A program made the translations under genes and the position numbers. This document shows, in pieces, positions 11,854 to 22,559 of a stretch of 64,000 nt of DNA. The stretch is from positions 1-64,000 of the forward strand of contig CAVYQE010000001.1 of the NCBI GenBank assembly GCA_963770565.1, given 5' to 3'. Positions within the stretch are counted from its first letter, which is position 1; each line of letters begins with the position of its first letter. The notes beneath the pieces were generated by a model that was given only the letters and a program-made list of their open reading frames with translations, searched no databases and was not told the origin of the DNA. Origin of the DNA: an uncultured Actinomycetota bacterium (lineage in GTDB: Bacteria; Actinomycetota; Actinomycetes; JAFAQI01).

Positions 11854-12837
11854 TCATTTCTGAAACGCAAACACGCATTTCCAATCGTTTTTCATGTTCA
11901 CGACGGTCCAGCCGCGCGACTTGGCCTCGGTCAGGCCTTTATCGAGCCGGCCCACGTGCGATGCGCGGTCGTAGGCGTATTCGCGGCTGGCGTCGGTGTG
12001 ATGCACGATCAGGCCGAAGCCCGGGCTGCCGCCGGCGGTCGTCCATTCGAGCATCTGCAAGTCGCCGTCGGAGTTGCCGAAGGCCATGATCGGCCGCCGG
12101 CCGATGACCTGTTGGATGCCGACCGGCTTGCCGCGCCCGTCGTCGATAAAACCGATCTCGGGAAGCTTGACGATCACTGGACGGCCCTGGCGGAACTCGA
12201 ATTTCAGCTTGCCGCGGCTGCCGATGACCTGCTCCGGCGGGACGCCATATAGCTTCTCGGTGAATGGCCGCATGAATTCGACGCCGCCGCCGGACACAAT
12301 GAAAGTCTTGAAACGATTGGCCCGCAAATAGTCGAGCAGTTCCACCATCGGCTGGTAGGTCAACTCCGTGTAGCGATGCTTGAATCGCGGGTGGGTGGCG
12401 GTGGCCGCCCAGGTCTTGACGATCCGGTCGAATTCGCCGGTGGTCATGCCGGCGTGGGTCGCCTCGACGACGGCCGCGATGGCGGGCTCTCCGCCGGAGA
12501 GCGCCGTTTTCAGATCGCCGGCCAGGATCGCCTTGAACGGCGCTTTCTCCTTCCACTCCGGATGCAGCGGCGAAAGCGCCTTGATCCGATCGAGGGCAAA
12601 GACCATTTCCACGTACAGCGGCTGCTCGCACCACAGCGTGCCGTCGTTGTCGAAGGCGGCGATGCGATCCGCGGGAGCGACGAACGCTTTGTCGCGCGGA
12701 TCGGTCACGCGGGCGACGAAATCGACGATCGCCCGCTTCGCCGGACCGTCGTTCCACGAGGGAAGCGGATCGGCGGCAGAGGCCGCGGACGCAAGCAACG
12801 CCAACAGAACAGCCAGAACGCGAGTCGCTGCACGCAT
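11854..12837 (-). CDS. Secreted HAD-family hydrolase / acid phosphatase
   Basis: Signal peptide; DPLPSWNDG, FDNDGTLW, GNSDGD motifs. Confidence 0.9.
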   Translation of the reverse strand: MRAATRVLAVLLALLASAASAADPLPSWNDGPAKRAIVDFVARVTDPRDKAFVAPADRIAAFDNDGTLWCEQPLYVEMVFALDRIKALSPLHPEWKEKAPFKAILAGDLKTALSGGEPAIAAVVEATHAGMTTGEFDRIVKTWAATATHPRFKHRYTELTYQPMVELLDYLRANRFKTFIVSGGGVEFMRPFTEKLYGVPPEQVIGSRGKLKFEFRQGRPVIVKLPEIGFIDDGRGKPVGIQQVIGRRPIMAFGNSDGDLQMLEWTTAGGSPGFGLIVHHTDASREYAYDRASHVGRLDKGLTEAKSRGWTVVNMKNDWKCVFAFQK

Positions 12838-12924
12838 CGTTTCTCCAATTCGAGTTGGGATTTCCAGCGGATTGCATCCTACTCGCAGTCGCAATCCTCG
12901 GCCTTCTCGCGACGCGGCCGATGT

Positions 12925-12990
12925 CGAGCAGGAGTAGGATCAGGATTAGGATCAGGAATGGGATTACGAGAACGAATAGGGGTAGGATTC
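12925..12990. repeat. 6-bp microrepeat element (ggagta/ggatca type)
   Basis: gattacgagaacga also occurs inverted at 63970-64000. Confidence 0.55.
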
Positions 12991-13022
12991 ATCCGGCGAA
13001 CCGGGCAGTTGCCGCCCCGCGC

Positions 13023-14310
13023 TCAATCCGCCAGGTGGAACAGCCGCTTGAAGGCTTCCAAGCAGCCCGTGCGGATGCCCATGCCGCGATTCGTCGCGGA
13101 TCCGCTCCAGCGGCGGGTGGAGCATCTTGTTCACGTACCGCTCGAACGACGCGGCGGATTTCCTCGCGCTGCGGCTCGGTCAGGTTCGGCAGCTTGTTGA
13201 ACAGCCGCACGCAGTTCCTGATCGCGCAGCTCTTGCCAGCTTCGCCGCAGCCGCTGGATGATCGGCCCGGTCGCCCGATGGTGCAAATCGTCCATGAACC
13301 GCCGCGTTTCGTCTTCGATGATCGCCACCGCGGCGGGCAGTTCGCCGTCGCGATCGCGGCGATTCCGCTGGCAAACCGCTTCCAGGTCGTCGATCGAATA
13401 CAGATACACGCCCAGGCGATCGCCGATCGCCGGCTCGAAATCGCGCGGCACCGCCAGATCGAGAATCAACAGCGGCCGCTGATAGCGGCTCGCGCCTCGA
13501 TCCGCTGAAACCGGTCGAGCGTCACGATCGGCTCGGCTGCCCCGGTCGTGCTGACCACCAGGTCGGCCGCGACGAGCCCTTCGTCGAGCTGCTCCCAAGC
13601 GGCGGCCCGGCCCGCCGAATTGCTCGGCCATCGCGGCGGCCCGCTCGGCGTTGCGATTGACGATCGTCAGTCTGCCGGGCCCCTTCGTCGCGCAAGATAG
13701 CGCAGGGCCTCCTCGCCCATTTCCCCGGCGCCGATCACTAGCACTTGCTTGTCGTCGAAGCGATCGAAGATGTCGCTGGGCGAAATCGCCGACGGCGACG
13801 CTGGCGATGCTCACCCGCTTGCGATAGAGCGACGTTTCGTTCGCCACGCGCTTGGCCACGCGCAGGGCCGCTTGAAACATCTCGTGCGTCAGCGGGCCGG
13901 CGCTTTGCTGCTGTTGGGCCAGCTCGATAGGCCTGCTTCACCTGGGCCAGGATCTGCGGCTCGCCGAGCACCATGCTGTCGAGACTGGCCGCCACGTTGA
14001 ACAGATGCCGCACCGCCGCCTCCCCCGATTGCTCGAACAGATCGTCGAAGATCGCGAGACAGATCCAGCCCGTGAAACTCGGCCAGAAACTCGGCAACCT
14101 GCTGATGGCTCGGCCCTCGGCGCGTCGGTCTCCCAGGCGGTGTAGAGTTCGACCCGATTGCAGGTCGAAAGCAGCACGGCCTCGGCGGCGGGGAACCGTC
14201 GCCGCCAGAGGTCGAGCGCCTCCGGCCGCCTGCGCGGGATTGAAGGCCAGCCGCTCGCGGAGCGCGAGCGACGCATTATGATGGCTGCAGCCGATCATTT
14301 GCAACTTCAT
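13023..14310 (-). CDS. hemA: Glutamyl-tRNA reductase (frameshifted)
   Basis: [40 protein letters not shown] motifs. Confidence 0.93.
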
Positions 14311-15369
14311 GGGACGAGGTCTCCCCGAAGCGGCGACGCGATCCCTGTCGGTCTTCGACCCTGAGGCTCGAGACGCCGAAGGGGTCGCGGCGAAACGGGT
14401 GGTCGAAGTCGCGGCTAAACTTGGCGCCAGTCTCCGCTCGCCGCTCTCTGCTCCCTGTTCCTGCTCCCTGCTCCGGCTAGCCGCTCGTCCGTCGTGCTCG
14501 GTGTGGCCGAGCAACTGGGCCGCCAGAAAAATCGCCAGAAATCCGAAGCTGGCCACCGTGAGATAGGCCACTTTGCGTCCCCGCCGGGCCGGCCGATAGA
14601 GCGCGCTGAACAGCGCCGCCACAAACAGCCAGCCGAACAGCCCCGCCGATCGCCAGACGATCGCGTCGCTCCAGGGCAGCGCATAATGCTGACCATGCTG
14701 GTCGGATGAGCGCTGATCAGATTAATGACGATCCCGGACGCCAGGCCCGCTCCGACCATCAGCGCCGAGATCACGATCGCCCGGCTGTTGGCCCGTTCGA
14801 GCCATTCGAGACTGGGCAAGCGGAGCCTCACGACGAAGCCGCTGCCTGCGGGACGTCGTCCGGGCGCGTCGGCCTTCGTTCCGCTGCGGGAGAGCCGCTT
14901 GAGCCGATTCGACTGCAACAAATACATCGCCCCGGCCACGAAGCCGATCATCACGGCCACGGTCCCCAGAAGCCAAAACGTGCCGTGGATCGCCCCCCAA
15001 ATCTGGGCGGCCGGCGTCTGCGGCAAACGGCTCGTGCGAAGCAAAATGGGCCGCCGCGATCAACGCCAGCGCCAGCGGCAAGATGAACACCCCGCTCGCC
15101 GCCATCCGGTGAAGCAGCGACAGATAGAGATACACGGCCACCAGCGCGCGGCCGCCAGCAGATACCATTCATACGCGCTCGACAGCGGGACGCTCGCCGC
15201 CGTCGCCGCCCGAGACGCCAGAAACAGCGCCTCGGCCACCAGTCCGGCTGCCGCGAACCCGACCGCCAACGCCCCCCGCCAGCGGCCCCGAACGCCCCCC
15301 CGCACCAGCTCCAAGCGCCAGCGCGACCGCATAACTGCCGGCAAAACAAAGCGTCGTGATTCCAGCCAT
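14307..15369 (-). CDS. Cytochrome c assembly protein, CcsA-like (frameshifted)
   Basis: Multi-TM; [33 protein letters not shown]; overlaps the hemA start. Confidence 0.78.
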
Positions 15370-15629
15370 CGCAGACCGCCCGGAGGGGAGCATCTCGCAA
15401 TCAAGCCATTCTCTTGATTCTACCCAGAATCGGGGCGATCGTCTGCCGGGGAGGGATGGCCGAGGTTCCGCGAAACGAGGCATTCGACCGTCTCGGAGCG
15501 GATAGCAGTCTTGTTCCGCGAGCCTCGCAGCGAAGGCGTCGATCTGCGTGGAATCCGATAGGGCTCCCGGATTGGTTTGGGCGGCCTGCGCAACAGGCAT
15601 TCGACATCGCGAAAGAGAAACGCGCGAAT

Positions 15630-16256
15630 TCACCCGCCCGGCCGAGAGTTGTCTCGTAGCTTGGCTGCGACGAGGTCGCGAAGTCCATCTGCGACGAGCT
15701 TGCACTGGCGCATTTCCTCGATCACCGCCTCGCAGAGCGACCAATAATGCTCCCAGGCGTCGGTCCCCACGATGCTTGCGAAGTCGACGTGGGTTGGAGC
15801 GAGTTGCCGCTCATACTCCTCAAGCCGCTCGACGCGATCCGCGAGCTTTTCAAGGCCGCGGCGCAGTTGGCGAGTGCGTCGCCTTGGGATTTACGATCCA
15901 CATCGCCAGGCCGTTCCGCCCTTGCTTTGATTGCACTTGCCGCAGGCGGGGACGAGATTGGCGATTTCGGAAATGTACCCGGTGGGGCGGCGGTTGTTCA
16001 CGATCGGCCGCAGGTGGTCCCATTCGCTCGATTTATCGCCGCAATAGGCGCAGCGGACGTCGCGCGGCGTCCAGGCCCAGGATCGCGAGCGAGCGCTCGA
16101 TCTCGGCCGCCGTCGGCTGGATCACGGGGATGATCTGGCCGACGGCCGCATTGGTGATGCTCGATTTCCGCGAGACCATCGTTTGGACCGAGGGCATCTT
16201 GAACGCGGCCAAGATCAGCTTCTCGCCGCAAATCGTCGTTGCCAGCCGATCGTCAC
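15630..16256 (-). CDS. HNH endonuclease (frameshifted; absent from the ORF track)
   Basis: Stitched translation ..CAYCGDKSSEWDHLRPIV..NLVPACGKCNQSKG..; GTG start overlaps the upstream TGA. Confidence 0.8.
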
Positions 16257-16538
16257 TTGCCGCGGCCTCCCTTGGCGGGCCGCCGCGCCTGCCGGCCGTC
16301 GAACCGCTTCAGCAGCCGCGTCGCTGCTTCCAACGGTTCGGTGCCGCAGGCCGAGGCGAACCGGCAGAATTCCAGCAAGTCGATTCGCCGCTGGCCTGTC
16401 TCGACATTCGAGACCCAGCTATGGGGCACTTTGAGGCTTGGTGGCCAAATCTCGCTGGGTGAGCCCGGCCGTTTCTCGCATGCTGCGCAACTCGGCGCGA
16501 AGCATCGCGTAGTCCGAAGTGTGAACGGATTTTTCCAT
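16253..16538 (-). CDS. XRE-family HTH regulator (frameshifted)
   Basis: MEKSVHT..GLTQRDLA..SWVSNVETGQRRIDLLEF. Confidence 0.85.
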
Positions 16539-16699
16539 TGCTCCAATTATGGGAACATGTTACGATGCTTGGAAATTCGGAGCAGCCGACCTCCCAGCGC
16601 ACGCGCGGTCGAAAGTCGGCGGCGGCCCTGACGGCGCTTTGGTTCGACGTCACCAACGACAACCTTTTCCTTGGCGTTCCTGGCGTCTTGGCGGTTCAT

Positions 16700-17087
16700 A
16701 TGAAAGAGCTTAAGCTCGACGTCCCCACCTACAACGCCAATTACTACCCCAACGATGTCGCGAGCGGTCGCAGGCCGGAATTCGGCGAACCGACCGTGCC
16801 GGTCCTGATTCGCGACGCGGCAGGAGTGCGCATCGCAGCTCGGGATCGCACAAACAGGACGAGGATTTCGCGCCCGACATTCAAATCGAGCGGCAGCCGA
16901 ACGGTTGGATGATCTTCTTGCATCCATTGGGAGGCAGCGATCCGTGCGGCTACGTGTATTTCCTCGACGACGGAAGGAGTTTCTCGTCAAAGAATCGGCC
17001 GGCGGTCCGACCCCGAATATCCGCATCTTGAAACCCGGCGAAAGAGTGCCCGACATCGACGGCCCCGCCCGTGAGCGGCCGGGGTGA
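16700..17087 (+). CDS. Hypothetical protein (frameshifted)
   Basis: Stitched MKELKLDVPT..PDIQIERQPNGWMIFLHP..VYFLDDGRSF. Confidence 0.55.
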
Positions 17088-17207
17088 CCTTGCGGGTTTC
17101 CGGCGGGGATTCCCGGCGGGGAGTCCCGAGGTTCGGGCGGCGGGCGCGTGGCGGCTGTCGGCGGGCCCTCGGTAGTGTGCTAAGATCGTGTGCAACCCTG
17201 CCGCCCG

Positions 17208-17426
17208 CTAACGATTTCCGCCAGGCCGATTCGTCCACCGCATCTGCGGAATGAATCGGACCTCATTGATGAGCGGCGCATTGAACGGGCATTTTTCCGG
17301 TTCGGCTGGGAGCAAGTTGCGAATGGCCCAGACGCCAAACGGGCAAAGAGCCGCCACGGCAGTCACCACGACGAACAGCGTCTGCAGGCTGGATTGGAAG
17401 CGGCGGCGGGGAGCGGGAGGGGTCAT
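17208..17426 (-). CDS. Small protein with RFxSLxTL-type N-terminal motif
   Basis: MTPPAPRRRFQSSLQTLFVVVTAVAAL. Confidence 0.5.
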   Translation of the reverse strand: MTPPAPRRRFQSSLQTLFVVVTAVAALCPFGVWAIRNLLPAEPEKCPFNAPLINEVRFIPQMRWTNRPGGNR

Positions 17427-17640
17427 GCCGCGATCATAGCGGATGCAATGGACACCTGCCCATCTTGACTGTCTTGCTTGTTGGACTAGCCTGTCTCGAA
17501 GTCTCGTCTGCATAGCATCTTGCGGGTTCGCACCGCCGGTTCGGCAAAAATACGAAGACGATCGTTTGACCTAAGTCCTTTGGTATGATATAATTAGGTC
17601 AAAGTATGAGTGGCTTGCGCGCCGATAGGAAAAGCAAAGC

Positions 17641-18074
17641 ATGGAACTGTCTTTTGCGTTTTTGGCTAATATGGCCGACCACCTTGCCGATGGGCGGATG
17701 ATCGTGATTGGACCTGATTTCGACATAGCAAGCTGCCCCCAGTTTCCGTTCGTCGTGCCGATTGCATTTGTTGTAAAAATGAAGGTCGAACCAGAGGAGG
17801 TCGGTCAGCCTCATACGATCAAGGTCGATTATCGGAAACCCGATGGAACATGCGCGAACCGCTTGGTGTCGAAACCCGCTTCGACACGATCATAAATCAA
17901 AATGATCCGACCAAAGCATCCAGTGCCTCTATTATCGTGAACGCAGGAATGCTTGCCGAAACTGCTGGGGATTATGTATTCCACATTTTCGTAGATGGGG
18001 TTGAAGTCAAGTCGTTGCCAATGACCGTACAGTTGCACGGAATGGTCGGGCAAATCGTGAGGCGATTGCAATGA
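17641..18074 (+). CDS. DUF6941-like protein (one frameshift)
   Basis: MELSFAFLA..DGRMIVIG..AGDYVFHIFVDG; AT-richer than flanks. Confidence 0.6.
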
Positions 18075-18358
18075 CAATCATAAACAACACGACCGGCGCG
18101 ACGAAAATCGAGTGCGGTCGTCCTTCTGGTGCCCCTATTGCATGTGGCGTCTTTCTCGGATCATCCATTGCCATAGTCGGCGTTCTTTCACTGGACACCG
18201 GTTCGGTAGGGAAAACCGCAGCGACTTCCTTACACCTTGGTTGCTCGAACCTAGATGAACAGTCCATTTGGGACGACTTGGATCGAGAAGCCATGAGCGC
18301 GGTTAGGATCGACGGGATTGCCGATTACCTTCGGTCATCGGGGCAAGCGTCGGCATGA
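18071..18358 (+). CDS. Hypothetical protein, possible antitoxin
   Basis: ATGA overlap with the upstream gene; acidic C-terminus; lies just before a MazF-like gene. Confidence 0.4.
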   Translation: MTIINNTTGATKIECGRPSGAPIACGVFLGSSIAIVGVLSLDTGSVGKTAATSLHLGCSNLDEQSIWDDLDREAMSAVRIDGIADYLRSSGQASA

Positions 18359-18364
18359 TGTCTC

Positions 18365-18763
18365 GTGGCTGTACCGAAACGAATCTGCCTCGGAACGATC
18401 ATCCTTGCCCCTGTTCGGGAACCTGTAAACCGAACTCTTATAGCGCCGCACTTTTCAATTGTTCTTAATCCGCAGTCCGAAATCGATGGCGGCTTAGACC
18501 TTCGCGTTGCGGTAATCAGCACGTCTTTCGATTATCCACTGCGATCGGGATGGTTCGATATGCTGTGGCAGCCCGGCGGCCATCCGATAACCGGACTAAC
18601 TGACCGATGCGTTGTAAAAGCCACTTGGATCGACACTGTTCCGCAATCGACAATTATCGGCATTAAGGGTCGATCACCTGCCACTACTTATCGACTTGTC
18701 AAAAACTGGCTCGCCGATAAGGAACGCGAAATGATTCGACGCGCGAACCCACCCGCGTCATGA
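18365..18763 (+). CDS. PemK/MazF-like toxin
   Basis: GTIILAPV..PHFSIVL..VAVISTS..TGLTDRCVVKATW pattern. Confidence 0.6.
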   Translation: MAVPKRICLGTIILAPVREPVNRTLIAPHFSIVLNPQSEIDGGLDLRVAVISTSFDYPLRSGWFDMLWQPGGHPITGLTDRCVVKATWIDTVPQSTIIGIKGRSPATTYRLVKNWLADKEREMIRRANPPAS

Positions 18764-18896
18764 CTGTCACAATTCTGCCGCTCTTCCGCCGATTGCAGTG
18801 TTTCGGAGAGCGGCCCGCGTCTTGAAGGCGGAGGCGTCTTGTAATCGTCCGAAGGGTGTCGCTGCGCGTGGCTGGGTTCGGTTTTCCATCTCTCCG

Positions 18897-19065
18897 CTAG
18901 GGCTTGCCTAGCATCCGGCGGCACGGCCTCTGTAATCGCTTGGGAGCGTTTCCAGCCGCGTTCGGCAGCTAGGCCATCAAGCTCGTCAAGCAACTCGCTC
19001 GGCACGCTCGCGGCAACCACAGTGGTCTTGCCCTCGGGATTGGCCACCTTGCGCCCCCGCCGCAC
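18897..19065 (-). CDS. Ribbon-helix-helix (CopG-like) protein
   Basis: VVAASVPSELLDELDGLAAERGWKRSQAITEAV. Confidence 0.6.
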
Positions 19066-19323
19066 TGCTTGCCGATCGCCGAACGGGCCGACTCTTCAAG
19101 TATGGGCAACCGCGGCGACCGGCAAGCAGTGGCACGCCGGGAACGACAGTGCCACTACTTGGCGGCTGCCCTAAACCGGCCGAGCTTCGCCGAATGACGC
19201 GACCGCAGCCGCCAAGCGAGTGCGCGGCGACCGACCGGCGCGCCGCACTGCTTGCCGATCGCCGAACGGGCCGACTCTTCAAGTATGGGCAACCGCCGCG
19301 ACCGACCGGCAAGCAGTGGCACG
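19059..19323. repeat. REP doublet (gcactgcttgccg..cggcaagcagtggcac)
   Basis: Two direct copies at ~19059-19135 and ~19241-19323; related copy at ~46965-47070. Confidence 0.75.
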
Positions 19324-19587
19324 CGGCGATTGGTCGAATTCCCACCGTTTAGAACGGTTTGCGGTCAACTGCCTGGACATTTTGCGTCCTTTCGACGCAA
19401 AAGGTGGCAATGCGCCGTCGGTCGCCCAGCAGCGTCAAGTCCTGCTTGGCCAACGGCTTTCGTCCGATCGTCGAAAATGATGAGTTTCCGGCGCATGATT
19501 TGCAGCCTCGCCACGGCCATTCCACTTCGGAACGCGGGACTCTCGGGGGGGCGTCCCCACGACCTTCACTCACGGAGGAACACGGCC

Positions 19588-19857
19588 ATGTTGGTTCTCA
19601 GTCGCAAGGCGGGCGAGCAAATTCGCATCGGCAACAACATCACGCTGACGGTCGTCGAGATTCAGGGCAATCGCATGCGGTTGGGGATCGACGCCCCACG
19701 CGAATGCAAAATTCTGCGGAGCGAACTCCGCCAGCGGTCGGCCCCGGCCGAGCGCGGCGATTGTGTGCCGGCGAACGGCCGCCCCTCGTATGTCGAGTTC
19801 GAGTTGCCGGCGCTGGTGGGCGAAAGCCTGTTGGCGTTCAGCGGCGCGCCGGTTTGA
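19588..19857 (+). CDS. csrA: Carbon storage regulator
   Basis: MLVLSRKAGEQIRIG..RLGIDAP..ILRSEL; GGAGG RBS. Confidence 0.93.
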   Translation: MLVLSRKAGEQIRIGNNITLTVVEIQGNRMRLGIDAPRECKILRSELRQRSAPAERGDCVPANGRPSYVEFELPALVGESLLAFSGAPV

Positions 19858-19875
19858 TGGTTCCGCGGCGAACTC

Positions 19876-21042
19876 TCAAAGGTGCTGTTCGCCGACTTCC
19901 CCCACCTCGCCGATGGGCAGGTCGCTCAATCCGGGCGTCCGCGGCTGCCAGGCGCTTCGCTGCCAATTGTCGATCGGGGGATGCTCGGTGACGATCGCCG
20001 GGACGGCCAGCAACAGATCGCGCGACAGAGCCCAGACGAACGGCTCGTACATCGCCCTCAACTCGGCCAATTTCGGCTCGATCACCGCCAAGTCGTGCAT
20101 CTCGACGCCGGCCTCCTTGAGCCGCGCGGCGAGCCAGCGAAGCTGTTCGATCGGCAAGCGATCGGGATTCGTCACGCCGGATTCCAGCCTGAGCACGAGC
20201 GACAGATCGACGACGGCATGGCGCGCCATGGCAAAGGTGAGTTGGGCGCGGTAGGAGTCGTTCCCCTTCAGTCCGGCGAGGAGAAACGTGCAGGTGTCGA
20301 GCATCGTGGTCACGGCCGCCAGCCAGCTTTGATTGTCGTGCTGCGAGCGGTAATAGCCCAACAGCGGAAACGAGAGTTGGCTTTCCAACAACTCGGCGCA
20401 CCACCGCTCCCATTCGGCGAGCAACTGCTCGCCGGCCACGATGTTGCCCGCCCGAGCGAAGCGGAGCAGCACTTCGCTGGCCGCAGGGGGCGATCCGGCC
20501 CGCGCGTCGAGCAGCGAGATCGTCACCTCGCGCCGCGAAAAGGCCTGATACAAGACAGGCATGTAGCTGAACACCAAGGCCAGAAATCCGAAGCCCAGGC
20601 CGGTTTCGGCCACCGCCAGCAGGCGGCCCAGCGGGGAGGCGGGCGTGATGTCGCCATAGCCGAGCGTGAAAAAGGTCACGCCGCTGGCATAGAGATAGGT
20701 CGCGAGGCTGACGACCTGATCGGAATGGGGCATGTCGATCGTGTGCATCGGGTTGCCGAGCGACCAATTCAACACCGCAAACCCGACGATCAACGCCACC
20801 ATCCAATTGGCGAACAGCCCCAGCAACGACAGCGGGCCGAACCAACCGAGCATCGACTCGCGTCGCTTTCCCCGCCGAATCCGCACAGCGACAGCGCGCG
20901 ATATCGCCCATGTCGTGCGATAATACAGCCGCACATAGCGGAAGCGGCGCATCACCTGGCGGGGCAACACCGTCGCCTCGAAGGCGTCGAACAGCATGAA
21001 CAAAATGAGCAGCACGCTGGCCGCTGCGATGATGGCCCACAT
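19876..21042 (-). CDS. Potassium channel family protein
   Basis: TFFTLGYGD selectivity filter with flanking TM helices. Confidence 0.9.
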   Translation of the reverse strand: MWAIIAAASVLLILFMLFDAFEATVLPRQVMRRFRYVRLYYRTTWAISRAVAVRIRRGKRRESMLGWFGPLSLLGLFANWMVALIVGFAVLNWSLGNPMHTIDMPHSDQVVSLATYLYASGVTFFTLGYGDITPASPLGRLLAVAETGLGFGFLALVFSYMPVLYQAFSRREVTISLLDARAGSPPAASEVLLRFARAGNIVAGEQLLAEWERWCAELLESQLSFPLLGYYRSQHDNQSWLAAVTTMLDTCTFLLAGLKGNDSYRAQLTFAMARHAVVDLSLVLRLESGVTNPDRLPIEQLRWLAARLKEAGVEMHDLAVIEPKLAELRAMYEPFVWALSRDLLLAVPAIVTEHPPIDNWQRSAWQPRTPGLSDLPIGEVGEVGEQHL

Positions 21043-21384
21043 GGCGTCCCCCGGCGGATCGACATTTTCACCTCCCATGCTACAATCGGCCGTCCGGCAG
21101 GCAACGGCAAACGGGGGGCGATGGGCGGTGTCTTTTTTTTGGTAGCGCCCGGGCTTTGATTGCCAGGGGCTCATTGGCCGACGCGAGTCGGTAGTTTTGG
21201 GTAATCCAGGCATTCATCCTGGCAGCCAGACCGGAGGAAGGCCCCTTGTGCCCGCTTCAGCGGCCCTCTCCTTCCGGCTCGAGCCGCCTGCCACGCCGAT
21301 GCGGCACAGCGGTCTGCTTGGCGGCGATCAGCGGGACAAATCGTATCGAACCAAATCGTATCGGGCATTGAAACTGGGCGAATC

Positions 21385-22374
21385 ATGAATCGACTCCGGA
21401 TCGGGCTGTTGTTTTGCGTGGTCGTCGCGGGGTGCGGTCAACTTAGACGATAGACGCGCGCCCTCAATCACATCCCGTTGCGGCCAACAAGTCGGCCCAA
21501 ATTCCTGCAACGGCGCCCCTTTCGCTCTCTGCGGAGCGACGCGGTTTTCACACTCACATCATTCGCAAATCCAGTCCTGGAAAGCCGGCTCCTGCGCCAC
21601 CGGCCGACGTTTTCACCTTGGTGCATTACACTTGCCGGTCGGACAGCTTGCCGCCTATCTGACTCTCGATCCGCACGACGGCGCTCGACACCCGGCGATC
21701 ATTTGGATTACCGGCGGCGATTGCAACTCGATCGACGACGTTTGGTCTCCTCAGCCGGCAAATAACGATCAATCGGCCGCCGCGTACCGCAAAGCGGGGA
21801 TCGTGATGATGTTTCCCTGGTTGCGTGGCGGCAACGACAACCCCGGAGTCAAAGAGGGGTATCTCGGGGAAGTGGACGACGTATTGGCCGCCGCCGACTT
21901 CTTGAAAAGCCGGAAGTATGTCGATCCGCAGCGAATCTACCTCGGCGGCCACAGCACGGGAGGCACGCTTGTGCTCCTCGTGGCCGAATGCTCCGACCGC
22001 TTTCGAGCTGTGTTCTCGTTTGGCCCGGTGGGGAGATCCGGTCGTCTATGCCAGCGAATATGCGCCCCCGGTGGATTCTTCCATGATGGGCAAGAGATAT
22101 GGCCGCGGGTCACCGCTCTTTTGGTTGCGGTCGATCAAAAAGCCGACATTCGTCTTCGCGGGGGGAAGAAAAACCGTCCAACCTTCACCAACTGACAAAT
22201 ATGGCCAAATCCTCGCCGGCGTCGCGGGCGAAGTTCTATGTCGTTCCACGTGCGACCCATTTCACGATCCTGGCGCCGATGAATCGGCTGATCGCAGGAA
22301 AAATCCTGCGTGATACCGGACCGGAAACCAATCTGGCGTTCACGACCGAGGAGCTTGCAAAGCTGCTCCCCTAG
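21385..22374 (+). CDS. Alpha/beta hydrolase, S9-like (frameshifted)
   Basis: GHSTGG nucleophile elbow; GEVDDVLAA; HFTILAP. Confidence 0.82.
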
Positions 22375-22501
22375 GAGAGTGTTCCGAGAACCGGCATATC
22401 TTCCGGCGGGCATTGCCAAAGGGGGTCGGGAGTCGATTTCGCCATGATGCCGAGTTGGCGGTTGTTCAGGGCGTTAGCAATTGACTGCCCCGACCCCTTT
22501 C
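22374..22501. repeat. 210-bp-family repeat, inverted partial copy
   Basis: aaagggggtcgggagtcgatttcgcc..ccgacccctt; left part is the reverse complement of 4265-4315. Confidence 0.7.
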
Positions 22502-22559
22502 GCGCGAGCTCCCCTCGCCGCGGCCGGTTCTTGGACAGGCTCCTCGGGTGGCGGCGCGG

